Assembly (NCBI GenBank): GCA_947451875.1
Contig: CANGBE010000001.1
Span: 1-38,856, forward strand
Length of the DNA: 38,856 nucleotides
DNA from: Sphingomonadaceae bacterium
GTDB taxonomy: Bacteria; Pseudomonadota; Alphaproteobacteria; Sphingomonadales; Sphingomonadaceae
Direction: 5' to 3'
Shown here one piece after another: positions 29,235-38,856 of this stretch. The first letter of the stretch is position 1. The number at the start of each line of letters is the position of its first letter. The translations under genes were made by a program, and so were the position numbers. The notes below the pieces were generated by a model, which worked only from the letters and a program-made list of their open reading frames with translations, was not told where the DNA came from and did not search any database.

Positions 29235-30752
29235 GTGTCCAATCGCCGTACCTTCGCCATCATCTCGCATCCTGACGCGGGTAAGACGACGCTGACCGAG
29301 AAGCTGCTGCTTCAGGGCGGCGCGATCCATCTGGCGGGCGAAGTAAAGGCGCGGGGGCAGGCGCGGCGAGCGCGGTCTGACTGGATGAAGATCGAGCAGC
29401 AGCGCGGGATTTCGGTCACCAGCTCGGTGATGACCTTTGAGCGACAGGGCATCACCTTCAACCTGCTCGACACCCCGGGCCACGAGGACTTTTCCGAAGA
29501 CACCTATCGCACATTAACCGCCGTCGATTCCGCGATCATGGTGATCGATGCAGCCAAGGGCATCGAACCGCAGACGCGCAAGCTGTTCGAGGTTTGCCGC
29601 CTGCGTTCGGTGCCGATCATCACTTTCGTCAACAAGGTGGACCGCGAAGGCCGCTCGCCCTTCGAGACGATGGACGAGGTTGCCGATGCACTGGCGCTCG
29701 ATGTCTGTCCGATGGCCTGGCCGGTTGGGCTGGGCGGCGAATTCAAGGGCGTGTTCGATTTCGCCAGCGGCCTCACCAGCCGTCCCGAGGGCGATAGCCG
29801 GGAGTTTCTTGGCAAACGCGACGGTGATGAACTGCCCGCCGATATTGCCGACGAGATCGAACTGGCGCGCGGTGGCTATCCGGCATTCGATCTCGAGGCC
29901 TATCGCAATGGCGACCTGACCCCGGTCTATTTTGGCTCGGCGTTGAAAAACTTCGGCGTCGCCGAACTGATCGATGCCATTGCCAATTTCGCCCCGCCAC
30001 CCCGCCCTCAGCCTTCGGATCAGGGGACGATCGAGCCGGATGGCAAAGAGGTCACCGGCTTCATCTTCAAGGTGCAGGCCAATATGGACCCGATGCACCG
30101 CGACCGGATCGCCTTCATGCGGCTGGCATCGGGCACTTTTAAGCGCGGCATGAAACTCACCCCTTCGGGCAGCGGCAAGCCGATGGCGATCCACTCGCCG
30201 ATCCTGTTCTTCGCGCAAGACCGCGAACTCGCCGACAGCGCTGAGCCCGGCGACATCATCGGCATCCCCAATCACGGCACCTTGCGGGTGGGTGATACCC
30301 TGTCAGAGAGCAACAAGGTGCGCTTCACCGGCCTGCCCAACTTCGCCCCCGAAATTCTGCGCCGCGTGCAGCTGAAAGACCCGACCAAGACCAAGCAACT
30401 GCGCAAGGCGCTCGACGATCTCTCGGAAGAGGGCGTGATCCAGGTGTTCTACCCTGAGATTGGCGCGCAGTGGATCGTCGGCGTGGTCGGGCAGCTGCAG
30501 CTGGAAGTGCTGATCAGCCGCCTTGAGGCGGAATACAAGGTCGAGGCCATGCTTGAGCCTTCGCCCTTCGACACCGCGCGCTGGCTGAAGGGATCGGACG
30601 CGGCAGTAAAGGCCTTTGCTGACATCAACATGAGCAACCTCGCCAAGGACCGCGATGGCGATCCGGTGTTCATGGCCCGCTCGAGCTGGGACGTGGGTTA
30701 CCAGCAGGAGCGCAATCCGGATCTGGTGTTCTCGGCGACGAAGGAGCGCTGA
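29235..30752 (+). CDS. prfC: Peptide chain release factor 3
   Basis: RRTFAIISHPDAGKTT, DWMKIEQQRGIS, DTPGHEDF and FKVQANMDP.HRDR motifs. Confidence 0.98.
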   Translation: MSNRRTFAIISHPDAGKTTLTEKLLLQGGAIHLAGEVKARGQARRARSDWMKIEQQRGISVTSSVMTFERQGITFNLLDTPGHEDFSEDTYRTLTAVDSAIMVIDAAKGIEPQTRKLFEVCRLRSVPIITFVNKVDREGRSPFETMDEVADALALDVCPMAWPVGLGGEFKGVFDFASGLTSRPEGDSREFLGKRDGDELPADIADEIELARGGYPAFDLEAYRNGDLTPVYFGSALKNFGVAELIDAIANFAPPPRPQPSDQGTIEPDGKEVTGFIFKVQANMDPMHRDRIAFMRLASGTFKRGMKLTPSGSGKPMAIHSPILFFAQDRELADSAEPGDIIGIPNHGTLRVGDTLSESNKVRFTGLPNFAPEILRRVQLKDPTKTKQLRKALDDLSEEGVIQVFYPEIGAQWIVGVVGQLQLEVLISRLEAEYKVEAMLEPSPFDTARWLKGSDAAVKAFADINMSNLAKDRDGDPVFMARSSWDVGYQQERNPDLVFSATKER

Positions 30753-30791
30753 GCCCTTTCCCCGCAGCAATGAAAGGGATATTGCTGCCCC

Positions 30792-31361
30792 ATGGCCGAT
30801 TTCACCGAAACCCTCACCCCCGACGACATCGCGATGATCGCGCGGCAAGGCGTCTATTTTGTCGCCACGGCCACGGCAGAGGGCCGGATCAACCTCAGCC
30901 CCAAGGGGCTAGCCGAGACGTTCAAGATCCTCTCACCCGCCCGCGTCGCCTATCTTGATCTCGCCGGATCGGGCAACGAGACCAACGCGCATTTGCTCGC
31001 TGATGGCCGGATCACGGTGATGATGTGCAATTTTGAGCAGCCCGCGCTGATCCTGCGGATATATGGCAAAGGCCGTCCGGTGCTGCCCGCCGATCCTGAT
31101 TGGGACGAGCTGGCCGCCCACTTCACCCTGCTGCCAGGCACGCGCCAGATCTTCGATATCGCGGTAGAATCAGTGCAGACGAGCTGCGGCTGGGGCATTC
31201 CGCTGATGGAAATGGACCGCCAACGCGAAACGCTGGTCAAGTATCATGCACAGCAGGATCCCGATAAGTGGGCGGCGAAGTATTCGGCGCGGGACAAGTC
31301 GATTGATGGCCTGCCGACCCGGCCGACAGATCGCTATATTGCCGGTGAGGCTGATCAGTAA
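30792..31361 (+). CDS. Pyridoxamine 5'-phosphate oxidase-family FMN-binding protein
   Basis: FVATA..INLSPKG, YLDLAGSGNET.AHL and VQTSCGWGIP motifs. Confidence 0.88.
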   Translation: MADFTETLTPDDIAMIARQGVYFVATATAEGRINLSPKGLAETFKILSPARVAYLDLAGSGNETNAHLLADGRITVMMCNFEQPALILRIYGKGRPVLPADPDWDELAAHFTLLPGTRQIFDIAVESVQTSCGWGIPLMEMDRQRETLVKYHAQQDPDKWAAKYSARDKSIDGLPTRPTDRYIAGEADQ

Positions 31362-31366
31362 GCACA

Positions 31367-32065
31367 GTGCAAATAAAGGTCGCCAGTTATAACATCCATA
31401 AAGGCGTGGGGTTAGACCGGCGGCGCGATCCCGAGCGGATTCTCGCCGTGCTGCGAGAGATCGACGCTGACGTTATCGCCCTGCAAGAGGCTGATCGCCG
31501 CTTTGGCGACCGGGCCAGCGTTCTGCCGCGCGGCCTGATCGACGATCACAGTCCATGGCGCGTGGCGCCGATCCGCTCGCGGCCCGATTCGATGGGCTGG
31601 CATGGCAACGCACTGCTGGTGCGGCGCGGGATCGAGGTTACGCTGGCCGAACCGGTGCGGCTACCGACGCTTGAGCCGCGCGGCGCGATCTGTGCCGAAC
31701 TTTTGGTCCAGGGAACGCGCATCCGCGTTGCTGGCATGCACCTCGACCTCTCAGGGCTCAGGCGACGGCGTCAGTTACGTGCGGTGCTCGATCATGTCGG
31801 CAGCAATGGCGATATGTGCCCGACCGTACTCATGGGTGATTTCAACCAGTGGTCGCACATCCGCGGGGCCATGCGCGAGTTCGGGCCTGACTGGCAGACG
31901 ATCGTGCCCGGCAACAGCTTTCCCTCGCGCCAGCCAGTCGCTGCGCTCGACCGGATCGTGCTGTCGCAGCATTGGACAGCGCTCGAATCCGGGGTCCACC
32001 ACAGCGCGCTTTCGGCGCGGGCATCTGATCATTTACCGGTCTTTGCCCGGATTAGTCATGGCTAA
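31367..32065 (+). CDS. Endonuclease/exonuclease/phosphatase family protein
   Basis: SYNIHK, ALQE, GDFN, LDRI and SDHLP motifs. Confidence 0.92.
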   Translation: MQIKVASYNIHKGVGLDRRRDPERILAVLREIDADVIALQEADRRFGDRASVLPRGLIDDHSPWRVAPIRSRPDSMGWHGNALLVRRGIEVTLAEPVRLPTLEPRGAICAELLVQGTRIRVAGMHLDLSGLRRRRQLRAVLDHVGSNGDMCPTVLMGDFNQWSHIRGAMREFGPDWQTIVPGNSFPSRQPVAALDRIVLSQHWTALESGVHHSALSARASDHLPVFARISHG

Positions 32066-32094
32066 AAAATAAGCACATGCCCGCGAATCGGGCG
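32059..32094. promoter_or_regulatory. Tandem candidate NtrC binding sites
   Basis: 17-mers TGGCTAAAAAATAAGCA (32059-32075) and TGCCCGCGAATCGGGCG (32078-32094) resemble TGC-N11-GCA, roughly 70-100 bp upstream of the sigma54 promoter. Confidence 0.6.
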
Positions 32095-32160
32095 CTGTAG
32101 CGCGATTTGTTAACGGGCCTGATTCGGTCAACCATCTGAAAAGCAATCATATCCAACATC

Positions 32161-32176
32161 TGGCACACCCCTTGCT
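32161..32176 (+). promoter_or_regulatory. Sigma54 (-24/-12) promoter of glnK-amtB
   Basis: TGGCAC-ACCCC-TTGCT, an exact match to TGGCAC-N5-TTGCW. Confidence 0.9.
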
Positions 32177-32210
32177 TTAACAGTTTCGCCGGAATGTTCC
32201 GGCAGGCTGA

Positions 32211-32561
<351 letters not shown>

Positions 32562-32590
32562 GCGCCGGTCTGACAGGAGGTAACATCACA

Positions 32591-34018
32591 ATGATACGCA
32601 AACTTCTCTGCGGTGCCGGTGCTCTGGGGGCTTCGCTCCTCACCGCTTCCACCGCTTTCGCACAAGCCGCGCCTGCCTTGGTCAAGGCGCCGGACGTCGC
32701 CCACATGGCCACCATGGTCAACAAGGGTGACACCACCTGGATGCTGGTTTCGTCGGTTCTGGTCTTGATGATGAGCATTCCCGGCCTCGCGCTGTTCTAT
32801 GGCGGCCTTGTCCGTACCAAGAACATGCTTTCGGTCCTGATGCAGGTATTCATGATCGTTTCGATCACCGGCCTGATGTGGGCGGTTGTCGGCTATTCGC
32901 TCTCCTTCACTGGCGGTTCGCCGTTCATCGGCGGTCTGTCCAAGGCGTTTATGCAAGGCGTGACCAGCGGCACATATGCTGCGACGTTCTCTAACAATGT
33001 CTACATCCCGGAACTGTCCTATTTCGTCTTCCAGATGACATTCGCCATGATCACCCCGGCGCTGTTCATTGGTTCGTTCGCTGAACGCATCAAGTTCTGG
33101 CCGCTGATGCTGTTCACGGTTCTGTGGTCGCTGCTGGTCTATTACCCAGTTGCACACATGGTTTGGTACTGGGCTGGTCCAGACTTCCTGCCAGATGCAC
33201 CGACCGATTCCGGCTTCCTGTTCGCCAAGGGCGCGCTCGATTTCGCAGGCGGCACCGTGGTTCACATTAACGCTGGTATCGCTGGTCTGGTCGGCTGCCT
33301 GGTTCTCGGCAAGCGTCTGGGCTTCGGCAAGGAAAGCACCCCGCCGCACTCGCTGACCATGACCATGATCGGCGCTTCGCTGCTGTGGGTGGGCTGGTTC
33401 GGCTTCAACGCTGGTTCCAACCTGGAATCGAACGGCGTTGCTGCGGTTGCCTTCGTCAACACCATGCTTGCAACCTGCGCTGCAGCGCTGAGCTGGGCCA
33501 TTGTCGAGCAGATCGTCCACAAGAAGCCCTCGATGCTGGGTGCCGCTTCGGGTGCCGTTGCCGGCCTTGTCGCGATCACCCCTGCTTCGGGTTATGGCGC
33601 ACCGATGACCTCGATCGTGCTCGGCCTGATTGTTTCGCCGATCTGCTTCTTCTTCGTCTCGACGGTGAAGAACAAGTTCAAGTACGACGATACGCTCGAC
33701 GTATTCGGCGTCCACTGCATCGGCGGAATCACCGGCGCTTTGGCTACTGCGGTCGTCGCAGCGCCAAACCTCGGCGGTCAGGGCTACTTCGATTACACCA
33801 AGTTCCCCGCCGTTGCGGTCGCCCCGGGCGATTACAGCATCACCGGTCAGCTGTGGATCCAGCTGCAGGCAGTGGCCACCACGCTTTTGTGGTCGGGAAT
33901 TGTCTCGGCGATCCTCCTGATTGCCATCAAGTACACCATCGGCCTGCGTCCTACCGAGGATGCTGAGCGCGAAGGCCTTGACCTTACCGAACACGGCGAG
34001 CGCGCATACAACATGTAA
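32591..34018 (+). CDS. amtB: Ammonium transporter
   Basis: Signal peptide, FQMTF, DFAGGTVVH, WVGWFGFNAG and DDTLDVFGVH twin-His motifs, C-terminal GLDLTEHGERAY. Confidence 0.98.
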   Translation: MIRKLLCGAGALGASLLTASTAFAQAAPALVKAPDVAHMATMVNKGDTTWMLVSSVLVLMMSIPGLALFYGGLVRTKNMLSVLMQVFMIVSITGLMWAVVGYSLSFTGGSPFIGGLSKAFMQGVTSGTYAATFSNNVYIPELSYFVFQMTFAMITPALFIGSFAERIKFWPLMLFTVLWSLLVYYPVAHMVWYWAGPDFLPDAPTDSGFLFAKGALDFAGGTVVHINAGIAGLVGCLVLGKRLGFGKESTPPHSLTMTMIGASLLWVGWFGFNAGSNLESNGVAAVAFVNTMLATCAAALSWAIVEQIVHKKPSMLGAASGAVAGLVAITPASGYGAPMTSIVLGLIVSPICFFFVSTVKNKFKYDDTLDVFGVHCIGGITGALATAVVAAPNLGGQGYFDYTKFPAVAVAPGDYSITGQLWIQLQAVATTLLWSGIVSAILLIAIKYTIGLRPTEDAEREGLDLTEHGERAYNM

Positions 34019-34032
34019 GCACTCGCTAGAAA

Positions 34033-34143
34033 TTGGCGGGGCCGGGAGAACCTCCTCTCCTCCTCTCACCCGGTTCCGCCAACCCATGTTCCTCCTGCGA
34101 ACACAACTCAAAGGCCCGGGCCAGCCGCCCGGGCCCTTTTTTG
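34033..34143 (+). ncRNA. Candidate 3'-UTR sRNA with anti-SD (CCUCCU) loops
   Basis: A 14-bp hairpin with a loop containing CCTCCTCTCCTCC, a second hairpin TGTTC-CTCCTGC-GAACA, then a terminator. Confidence 0.5.
34113..34143 (+). terminator. Rho-independent terminator after amtB
   Basis: GGCCCGGGC-CAGCC-GCCCGGGCC stem followed by CTTTTTTGTTT. Confidence 0.9.
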
Positions 34144-34185
34144 TTTGGGCTTTACAGGCCCCCGGCAAAGGCCGAATTAGCGCTA

Positions 34186-35061
34186 ATGACTGAAGAAGAA
34201 ATCGAAAAGCGGCTGCATCGGCGCCGGTTCTACAAAGCCGAACAGGAGGCTGGCTTCGTTGCCAGCCATGTCACCCATACCCCACAGACCCTTAGCCCCA
34301 GCTATCAGCTGGCTTTCCGGGATACGGATTTCCTGCTCCGCGAAGAGCTGCGGCCGGTGCGTTTTCAGCTGGAACTGCTGAAATGCGAGATGCTGATGGA
34401 AGAGGCGCGGATCGGCTCGACGCTGGTCTGCTATGGCTCGGCGCGCATTCCTTCGCCCGAACAGGTTGAGGCCAAGCTGGCTGCGGCCAAGACCGACAAG
34501 GAACGCAAGATCGCCGAGCGGCTAGCGGCCAATTCGAAATATTACGATGAAGCCCGCACGCTCGCCCGAATCGCCAGCGAATGTTCGATTGTCGAGCAGG
34601 GCATGCGCCAGTTCGTCGTCTGCTCAGGCGGCGGGCCGTCGATCATGGAGGCTGCCAATCGCGGTGCGGCTGAAGCGGGCGCCGAGACTATCGGGCTCAA
34701 CATCGTGCTGCCGCACGAGCAGGCACCCAACCTTTACGTCACCCCGCGCCTCGCCTTCCAGTTCCACTATTTCGCGCTGCGCAAGATGCACTTCCTGCTC
34801 CGCGCGAAAGCAGTGGCGGTGTTCCCCGGCGGCTTTGGCACGCTCGACGAATTCATGGAACTGCTTACTCTGGTGCAAACCGGCAAGATGCGGCCCATCC
34901 CGATCCTGCTCTTCGGGCGGGAGTTCTGGAACAAAGTGATCAACTTCGAGGCGCTCGCCGAAGAAGGCGTAGTCAACGAGGCCGATCTCAAGCTGTTCAC
35001 CTGGGTGGAAACGGCCGAGGAAGGCTGGGATGTGATCCGGGACTTTTACGATCTGGATTAA
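34186..35061 (+). CDS. LOG family (TIGR00730) protein, long type
   Basis: YGSARI, SGGGPSIMEAANRGA, HYFALRK and FPGGFGTLDE motifs. Confidence 0.9.
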   Translation: MTEEEIEKRLHRRRFYKAEQEAGFVASHVTHTPQTLSPSYQLAFRDTDFLLREELRPVRFQLELLKCEMLMEEARIGSTLVCYGSARIPSPEQVEAKLAAAKTDKERKIAERLAANSKYYDEARTLARIASECSIVEQGMRQFVVCSGGGPSIMEAANRGAAEAGAETIGLNIVLPHEQAPNLYVTPRLAFQFHYFALRKMHFLLRAKAVAVFPGGFGTLDEFMELLTLVQTGKMRPIPILLFGREFWNKVINFEALAEEGVVNEADLKLFTWVETAEEGWDVIRDFYDLD

Positions 35062-35807
35062 CGAACGGCGGCGTGCCCCAGCGGCCCATGCCCTTCGCCA
35101 AACCCGGGTGCCGCAAGCAGAGCGGCGCGGACGAATTCGCGCGCCCGGGTGATCGCAGACATCATATCCAAACCGCCGCCAAGACCAGTGGCAATCGCTG
35201 AGGCCAGCGTACAGCCAGTGCCGTGGGTATGGCGCGTTTCGATCCGGGCCGCGCGCCAGATGACGGTGTCCTTGCCGGGCACCACCAGCCGGTCTTCCAG
35301 CTCCGGCCCGTCGGCATCACCACCCTTGGCGAGATAGGCAATCCCGCGCGCGGCCATGCCTTCGTGCCCGCCCAGAGCCTCCAGCTCGGCAACATTGGGC
35401 GTGGTCAGCGTGGCGAGTCGCATCAGCCGTTCAAAGGCCGCGATGGTATTGCTGTCGGCCAGTGCCGCGCCGCTGGTGGCGATCATCACCGGATCGAAGA
35501 CCACCGGCACTTTCACGCCTTCCAGCAGGTCCGCCACCGCATGGGCATTGGCCGCCGATCCCAGCATGCCGATCTTCACCGCGTTGACGCCGATGTCGGA
35601 AGCACAGGCCTCGATCTGCGCCACGACCAGTTCGGGCGACAGGATTTCGACCATGGTCACGCCGGTCGTATTCTGCGCGGTGATCGCGGTGATCGCACTC
35701 ATCGCATAGCCGCCGAGCATGGTGATTGTTTTGATGTCAGCCTGAATGCCCGCGCCGCCCGATGAATCGGAGCCAGCGATAGTCAGGATACGAGGTGGCG
35801 GAATCAC
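35058..35807 (-). CDS. thiD: Hydroxymethylpyrimidine/phosphomethylpyrimidine kinase
   Basis: IAGSDSSGGAGIQADIKT, KIGML, DPVM and THGTGCTLASA motifs. The GTG start overlaps the upstream stop. Confidence 0.96.
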   Translation of the reverse strand: MIPPPRILTIAGSDSSGGAGIQADIKTITMLGGYAMSAITAITAQNTTGVTMVEILSPELVVAQIEACASDIGVNAVKIGMLGSAANAHAVADLLEGVKVPVVFDPVMIATSGAALADSNTIAAFERLMRLATLTTPNVAELEALGGHEGMAARGIAYLAKGGDADGPELEDRLVVPGKDTVIWRAARIETRHTHGTGCTLASAIATGLGGGLDMMSAITRAREFVRAALLAAPGFGEGHGPLGHAAVR

Positions 35808-36028
35808 CCCTTGAACTTCCGCGCCGTCGACGGCGGGCTTTTGGCATGATGCTTCACCGCCCGGGTTGGCCGGTCCATCAGCTCGCCGCCGCAATTCGGG
35901 CAACGATCATCAAGCGATTCGCTGCATTCCGCACAGAAGGTGCATTCGAACGAGCAGATGAACGCGCCGGGGGCTTCGGCGGGCAGATCGGTGCCGCAGC
36001 GTTCGCAATCGGGGCGCATCTCAAGCAT
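35804..36028 (-). CDS. DUF1272 family Cys-rich small protein
   Basis: [33 protein letters not shown]. The start overlaps the glmM stop (TGATG). Confidence 0.88.
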   Translation of the reverse strand: MLEMRPDCERCGTDLPAEAPGAFICSFECTFCAECSESLDDRCPNCGGELMDRPTRAVKHHAKSPPSTARKFKG

Positions 36029-37368
36029 CAGGCGGCAGCCTCCTTGACTGCATCGCAAATGGCATCAACCACTTGCTCAACCTGCGCGGCATCGTCACCT
36101 TCAGCCATGACGCGGATCACCGGCTCGGTGCCGGACGGGCGGATGACGAGGCGGCCCTTGCCCGCCAGTTGCGCTTCAGCATCGGCGATTACGGCTTTGA
36201 CCTTGGCATCGTCCAGAGGCTTGCCACCAGCAAAGCGCACGTTCTTCAGCAGCTGCGGGACGGTATCGAACAGGTGGAGCAGTTCGCTCGCCCGCTTGCC
36301 TGATTGGACCAGCGCCGCCAGCACCTGAAGCCCGGCCACGGTGCCATCGCCGGTGGTGCCATGATCGAGCATGATCATGTGGCCGCTTTGTTCGCCGCCC
36401 ACATTGAAGCCGCCCTCTTTCATCCGCTCGAGCACATAGCGATCACCCACCTTGGTGCGCTCAAGCGTCAAGCCCTGACCCTGCAAATAGCGTTCAAGGC
36501 CGAGGTTGGACATTACCGTCGCCACCACACCGCCGCCGCGTAAGGTGCCGCGCGCCGCAAGCTGCGTGCCGATCAGCGCCATCAGCTGGTCGCCGTCAAC
36601 TGTTTGGCCCTTCTCGTCGACGACGATCAGCCGGTCGGCATCGCCATCGAGCGCAATGCCGATGTCCGCGCCGCTGGCAACCACGCTCTCTTTTACGAGA
36701 TCAAGGTGGGTCGAGCCGCAGCGTTCGTTGATGTTCTTGCCGTTAGGGTTGACGCCAACGGTGATCACTTCCGCGCCCAATTCCCAAATCGCCGAGGGGG
36801 CGACCTGATAAGCCGCACCATTGGCGCAATCGACGACGATCTTCAGGCCATCGAGCCGGATGTTGTCTGGCAGTGATGCCTTCACCGCGTGGATATAACG
36901 CCCGCGGGCATCATCAATGCGGCGGGCGCGGCCAATCTCTTCGGAAGCCGCCAGCGGAATGTCCTGCGCCAGCATCGCCTCGATCGCCAACTCGTCAGCA
37001 TCGGATAGTTTGAACCCGTCCGGGCCGAACAGCTTGATGCCGTTGTCGGCATAGGGGTTATGGCTGGCAGAGATCATCACGCCCACGTCTGCTCTTAGTT
37101 CGCGCGTAAGCAGCGCCACGGCAGGCGTCGGCATCGGCCCGAGTAACACCACGTCCATGCCTACGCTTGTGAACCCGGCGACCATGGCATTTTCCAGCAT
37201 ATAGCCCGAAAGTCGCGTATCCTTGCCGATCACCACGCGGTGGCGGTGGCTACCGCGAAGGAAGCGGGTGCCCGCCGCCTGTCCCACTTTCATCGCCACT
37301 TCCGCTGTCATCACGCCCGCATTGGTGCGCCCGCGGATGCCGTCTGTGCCAAAGTATTGCCTGCTCAT
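36028..37368 (-). CDS. glmM: Phosphoglucosamine mutase
   Basis: [29 protein letters not shown] and RPSGTEP motifs. Confidence 0.98.
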   Translation of the reverse strand: MSRQYFGTDGIRGRTNAGVMTAEVAMKVGQAAGTRFLRGSHRHRVVIGKDTRLSGYMLENAMVAGFTSVGMDVVLLGPMPTPAVALLTRELRADVGVMISASHNPYADNGIKLFGPDGFKLSDADELAIEAMLAQDIPLAASEEIGRARRIDDARGRYIHAVKASLPDNIRLDGLKIVVDCANGAAYQVAPSAIWELGAEVITVGVNPNGKNINERCGSTHLDLVKESVVASGADIGIALDGDADRLIVVDEKGQTVDGDQLMALIGTQLAARGTLRGGGVVATVMSNLGLERYLQGQGLTLERTKVGDRYVLERMKEGGFNVGGEQSGHMIMLDHGTTGDGTVAGLQVLAALVQSGKRASELLHLFDTVPQLLKNVRFAGGKPLDDAKVKAVIADAEAQLAGKGRLVIRPSGTEPVIRVMAEGDDAAQVEQVVDAICDAVKEAAA

Positions 37369-37458
37369 TTCGGCTCTGTCCTGACCCAAGCTTCTGTGTG
37401 AATTGCCATGGCGCAAGCTTGCGGTATTGTCACCCCGGCAATCGGTTAGGGGCATATC

Positions 37459-38709
37459 ATGACAGTGCAATCATCCGCGAACAGCTTGCCGGAAATCAAG
37501 GTTCCGGCAGCACTGACTTTTGCCGGGCTGGTATTCGGCTTTGCTGCCGGGATTCTGCTGCGCGGAACTGCGGGGCTCGCTCCCCTTCTTGCCGTGGCAG
37601 AACCCGCGGGAACACTGTGGCTGCGTGCCCTGCAGACGACGATCCTGCCGCTGGTGATCGGGCTGGTCTATACTGGCATTTCGCAGACCTTGGCGGCGGC
37701 GGGTGGCGGCAAGCTGGCGCGGCGGGCGGTTGGCCTGTTCGTGGTTGTACTGCTGGCGAGCGGTGCAATGTCGGCCTTGCTGGTGCCATTGCTGCTGAAC
37801 ATTGCCCCGATCCCGCAACAGGCAATCGCTGCGCTGAGCGGCGGGGCAGAGGCGGCGGGCAAGGTTCCCGGCATCGCCGAGATACTCGCTGCGATGATGC
37901 CGCAAAACATCTTCGCTGCCGCCGCTGATGGCGCGATGCTGGCGGTGGTGGTGTTTGTTTCGCTGTTTGCGCTGGCCGCCACCCGTATTGCGGAGGCACC
38001 GCGCAAGGTGCTCGGGATGGTGTTTGAAGGCTTGGCGAGCGCAATGATGGTCGTCGTCGGCTGGGTGCTTATGCTTGCGCCGATTGGCGTTTTCGGGCTG
38101 GCCGTGTCGCTTGGCGCGAAGAGCGGGCCAGACGCCATAGGCGCGCTGGCGCATTACATAATCGTGGTGAGCTTGGCTGGCGGTGTGATTCTGCTGGCGG
38201 GCTTTGCCTTGGCCGCACTGCGAGCCCGGCTGCCGTTAGGGCAATTTGCCCGAGCCATGCTGCCGGTTCATGCCGTTGCGCTATCGACCCAGTCGTCGCT
38301 CGCCTGTCTGCCGACCATGCTGGCGGCCTGCCGCAAACTCGGGGTGAAGGACTCAACCGCCGATTTCGTTTTGCCGCTGGCCGTGGCGATCTTCCGTGCG
38401 ACCAGCCCGGCGATGAACATGGGCGTGGCAATCTATGCTGCCAAGCTGACCGGGGTAGAGCTTTCCGCTCCGGCTTTGGCGGCCGGGGTAATCGTGGCCT
38501 TTCTGGTTTCGCTCAGCTCGGTATCGCTGCCGGGAACGCTCAGCTTCGTCGTTTCGGTCGGGCCGATTGCGCTGGCAATGGGTGTGCCGGTTGCCCCGCT
38601 GGGATTACTGGTGGCGGTCGAAATGCTGCCCGACCTGATGCGCACGCTGGGCAATGTGACGATGGACGTGGCAGTGACAGCTTCCGTGGATCGTAAATCC
38701 GATGAGTGA
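37459..38709 (+). CDS. Dicarboxylate/amino acid:cation (DAACS/SDF) symporter
   Basis: [21 protein letters not shown] and [11 protein letters not shown] motifs, multi-TM. Confidence 0.9.
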   Translation: MTVQSSANSLPEIKVPAALTFAGLVFGFAAGILLRGTAGLAPLLAVAEPAGTLWLRALQTTILPLVIGLVYTGISQTLAAAGGGKLARRAVGLFVVVLLASGAMSALLVPLLLNIAPIPQQAIAALSGGAEAAGKVPGIAEILAAMMPQNIFAAAADGAMLAVVVFVSLFALAATRIAEAPRKVLGMVFEGLASAMMVVVGWVLMLAPIGVFGLAVSLGAKSGPDAIGALAHYIIVVSLAGGVILLAGFALAALRARLPLGQFARAMLPVHAVALSTQSSLACLPTMLAACRKLGVKDSTADFVLPLAVAIFRATSPAMNMGVAIYAAKLTGVELSAPALAAGVIVAFLVSLSSVSLPGTLSFVVSVGPIALAMGVPVAPLGLLVAVEMLPDLMRTLGNVTMDVAVTASVDRKSDE

Positions 38710-38824
38710 TCCTGAGGCCGAGCTTGCGGGTTTCATCGCCAAGTACACGCCCGAGATTGAGGCTCGCGGGGGAACTATCTTGGCGCGGCTGGCGCGCTTA
38801 GCCGCCGCTCGATCCGATGGCTAA
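38702..38824 (+). pseudogene. Possible truncated gene remnant (DUF1801-like N-terminus)
   Basis: 40-codon [25 protein letters not shown].. overlapping the symporter stop and ending early. The family resemblance is from recall only. Confidence 0.35.
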
Positions 38825-38856
38825 CGGAAAACTGGTTATCAAATCAATCTCGGCCA

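Noticed and set aside
30750-30794. Stop-codon readthrough fusing RF3 to the in-frame downstream gene
   Set aside because: A second in-frame TGA at 30771-30773 blocks it.

Overview
This is a GC-rich alphaproteobacterial chromosome segment, most consistent with Sphingomonadales (Novosphingobium/Erythrobacter-like); the taxonomy is inferred from gene content and order. Most genes are housekeeping: PMM/PGM, dcd, pgl, dinB, gnd, prs, hisN, rpmI-rplT, pheS-pheT, prfC, glnK-amtB, thiD and glmM. Accessory genes include (i) a coxG-M-S-L-like molybdenum hydroxylase operon with a non-CODH active-site loop (AYRGPW) and an extra C-terminal beta domain, divergent from two CMD/AhpD-like paralogs and a cytochrome b + Tat molybdoenzyme pair; (ii) a single 1101-aa GH18 + CE4 deacetylase + GT2 synthase fusion; and (iii) two related AraC-type regulators. 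The most interesting non-coding signals are anti-Shine-Dalgarno (CCUCCU) hairpins in the amtB 3' UTR (candidate nitrogen-regulated sRNA), a long structured leader that pairs into the rpmI RBS (candidate L20 autoregulatory leader), a 34-bp near-perfect inverted repeat (REP/MITE-like), a palindromic operator before coxG, and pseudoknot-type interleaved pairings after prfC. No tRNA, rRNA, CRISPR, transposase or integrase was seen. All calls come from reading motifs by eye; no database searches were run.
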